From positions 16,368,001-16,432,000 of the forward strand of contig OZ024755.1 in the NCBI GenBank assembly GCA_964016885.1: a stretch of 64,000 bases of DNA, read 5' to 3'. Numbering within the stretch: the first letter of the stretch is position 1; each line of letters starts with the position of its first letter. The translations under genes and the position numbers were made by a program. The notes under the pieces were generated by a model. The model saw only the letters and a program-made list of their open reading frames with translations. It ran no database searches and was not told the origin of the DNA. The DNA comes from Eledone cirrhosa (lineage: Eukaryota). Positions 62,694 through 64,000 of the stretch are shown here, one piece after another.

Positions 62694-63444
62694 ATTATAT
62701 ATATATATTTGTATGTGTGTAACCAGCATAAGAAATGTACTGTTTCCATATATATATCTATATACAATAACAAGGTCGAAACTGTCGAATTGATCGTATT
62801 GTTTGTGTTTAACAATCCCAAGAGCCTCCTTTGCTGATTAGAAAACCTACATCGGTCGTTTGAGACAATAGGTCATTGATATCAGCTATTTATGATAATA
62901 GCAAGACAACTAGTTCTTCCCAATGCCTGCGTAGCGACGACCATTGGTGTCTTCTGTGACTTTATTTACTGCGTAGTTATGTTATGTTTGGTTTACAGAT
63001 AGACGTGGTGGATTTTCTAGATGAGAGACTTAGCGCTACCGCAAATAAATGAATGATTAGATAAATAAATAAATAAGGCATTTACAGCTATCTTTATAGA
63101 TTTATATGGCCTTCTACAGGGAGACACCATATAAAAGGGTTTTGGGGGTGTTATAATGATAGGGGCAAATAAGTAAATAAGGAATTTACAGCTCCTATCA
63201 ATGTAGATTTATCTAGCCTTCTACAGGGCGACATCATATAGAAGGGTTTTGGATTTTTGGGGGTGGTGATGGTGTTATAATGATAGTTTAAAGATGGCTA
63301 CACAATTTAGACATCATTCGTCCATCATTTAGTAAAAGTTCTTCTTCTCTCCTTGTGGTTTTCAAGAGAAATTCTGGCAACAGACACCATTCAGGTGATT
63401 ATCACATGAAATTCTATTCCATACGTACATGGTTTTTCTTCCTT

Positions 63445-63660
63445 GTTGAACGGATCCAGCATTCCTTATCTCGTGTGGAATTTTAACTAATTTAAGTCAA
63501 AAGGTTGTAGTGATCGAAGTTTTGGGGATGTCACTAGGTTCAACAGGTTGTGAGCTGATATAAGATCGATTTTAGAGAAAATCGTGGCTTCGTTCAACAA
63601 GGAAGACAAGCCATGTGTGTTTGGCGGGGTGGAGTTAGGATTGAGCGTGCACCTCAAAGG
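63445..63660 (-). pseudogene. Degenerate Ty3/Gypsy reverse transcriptase fragment
   Basis: Manual translation with frameshifts: ATIFSKIDLISAH...PVEPSDIPKTSITTTF...IRNAGS, matching the Gypsy RT pattern FSKIDL..AY.Q......D..KTA..TPFG....MPFGL.NA. Confidence 0.7.
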
Positions 63661-64000
63661 TGTCTGTAGCCAGAATTTCTCTTAAAAACTACGCGAACAG
63701 GAAAACATTTACTAAATGATAGACCAATTAGAATTATGCCTAAATTGTATAGCCATTTTAAAACAATCTGGATCTAATATATGAGATTTAGAAAAATCAT
63801 ATTAACGGGTATGAAGAAAATATAAGTGTTGATCGAATGAAAAATCCATACGCCTTTGAATCCATTAAAACTAATAATGATAAGACTGAAATATTTTGCT
63901 CCCACACCTACAACTACGGATATTAAGAAGGATAGAAAGGTCCGTTACCAATAAAAGCGACAGGAGGGTTCATTCGCCAACAAAATATTCTCATGTATTT

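Overview
AT-rich, repeat-dominated eukaryotic genomic DNA, most likely a cephalopod (Octopus-like; inferred from the SINE/MITE families and the multi-kb (TA)n/(CATA)n arrays, not proven). No host protein-coding gene can be supported, and nearly all long ORFs in the track are translated microsatellites. Recognisable content: many tRNA-derived SINEs (a Meta/MESC-like core family and a CORE-like family), a non-autonomous Helitron, piggyBac and hAT MITEs, a degenerate Gypsy RT fragment, remnants of an R4/Dong-like RLE non-LTR retrotransposon always embedded in (CATA)n, and several minisatellites. The most striking signal is a dense set of short elements flanked by (TA)n that carry type I hammerhead ribozyme motifs (CUGANGA...GAAA...UH). 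They belong to about 9-10 apparently distinct sequence families, typically have palindromic or nearly loop-less stem III, and often sit in fold-back inverted repeats or tandem ~180-bp units. This fits Penelope-like element termini or retrozymes that target microsatellites. All folds were derived by eye.
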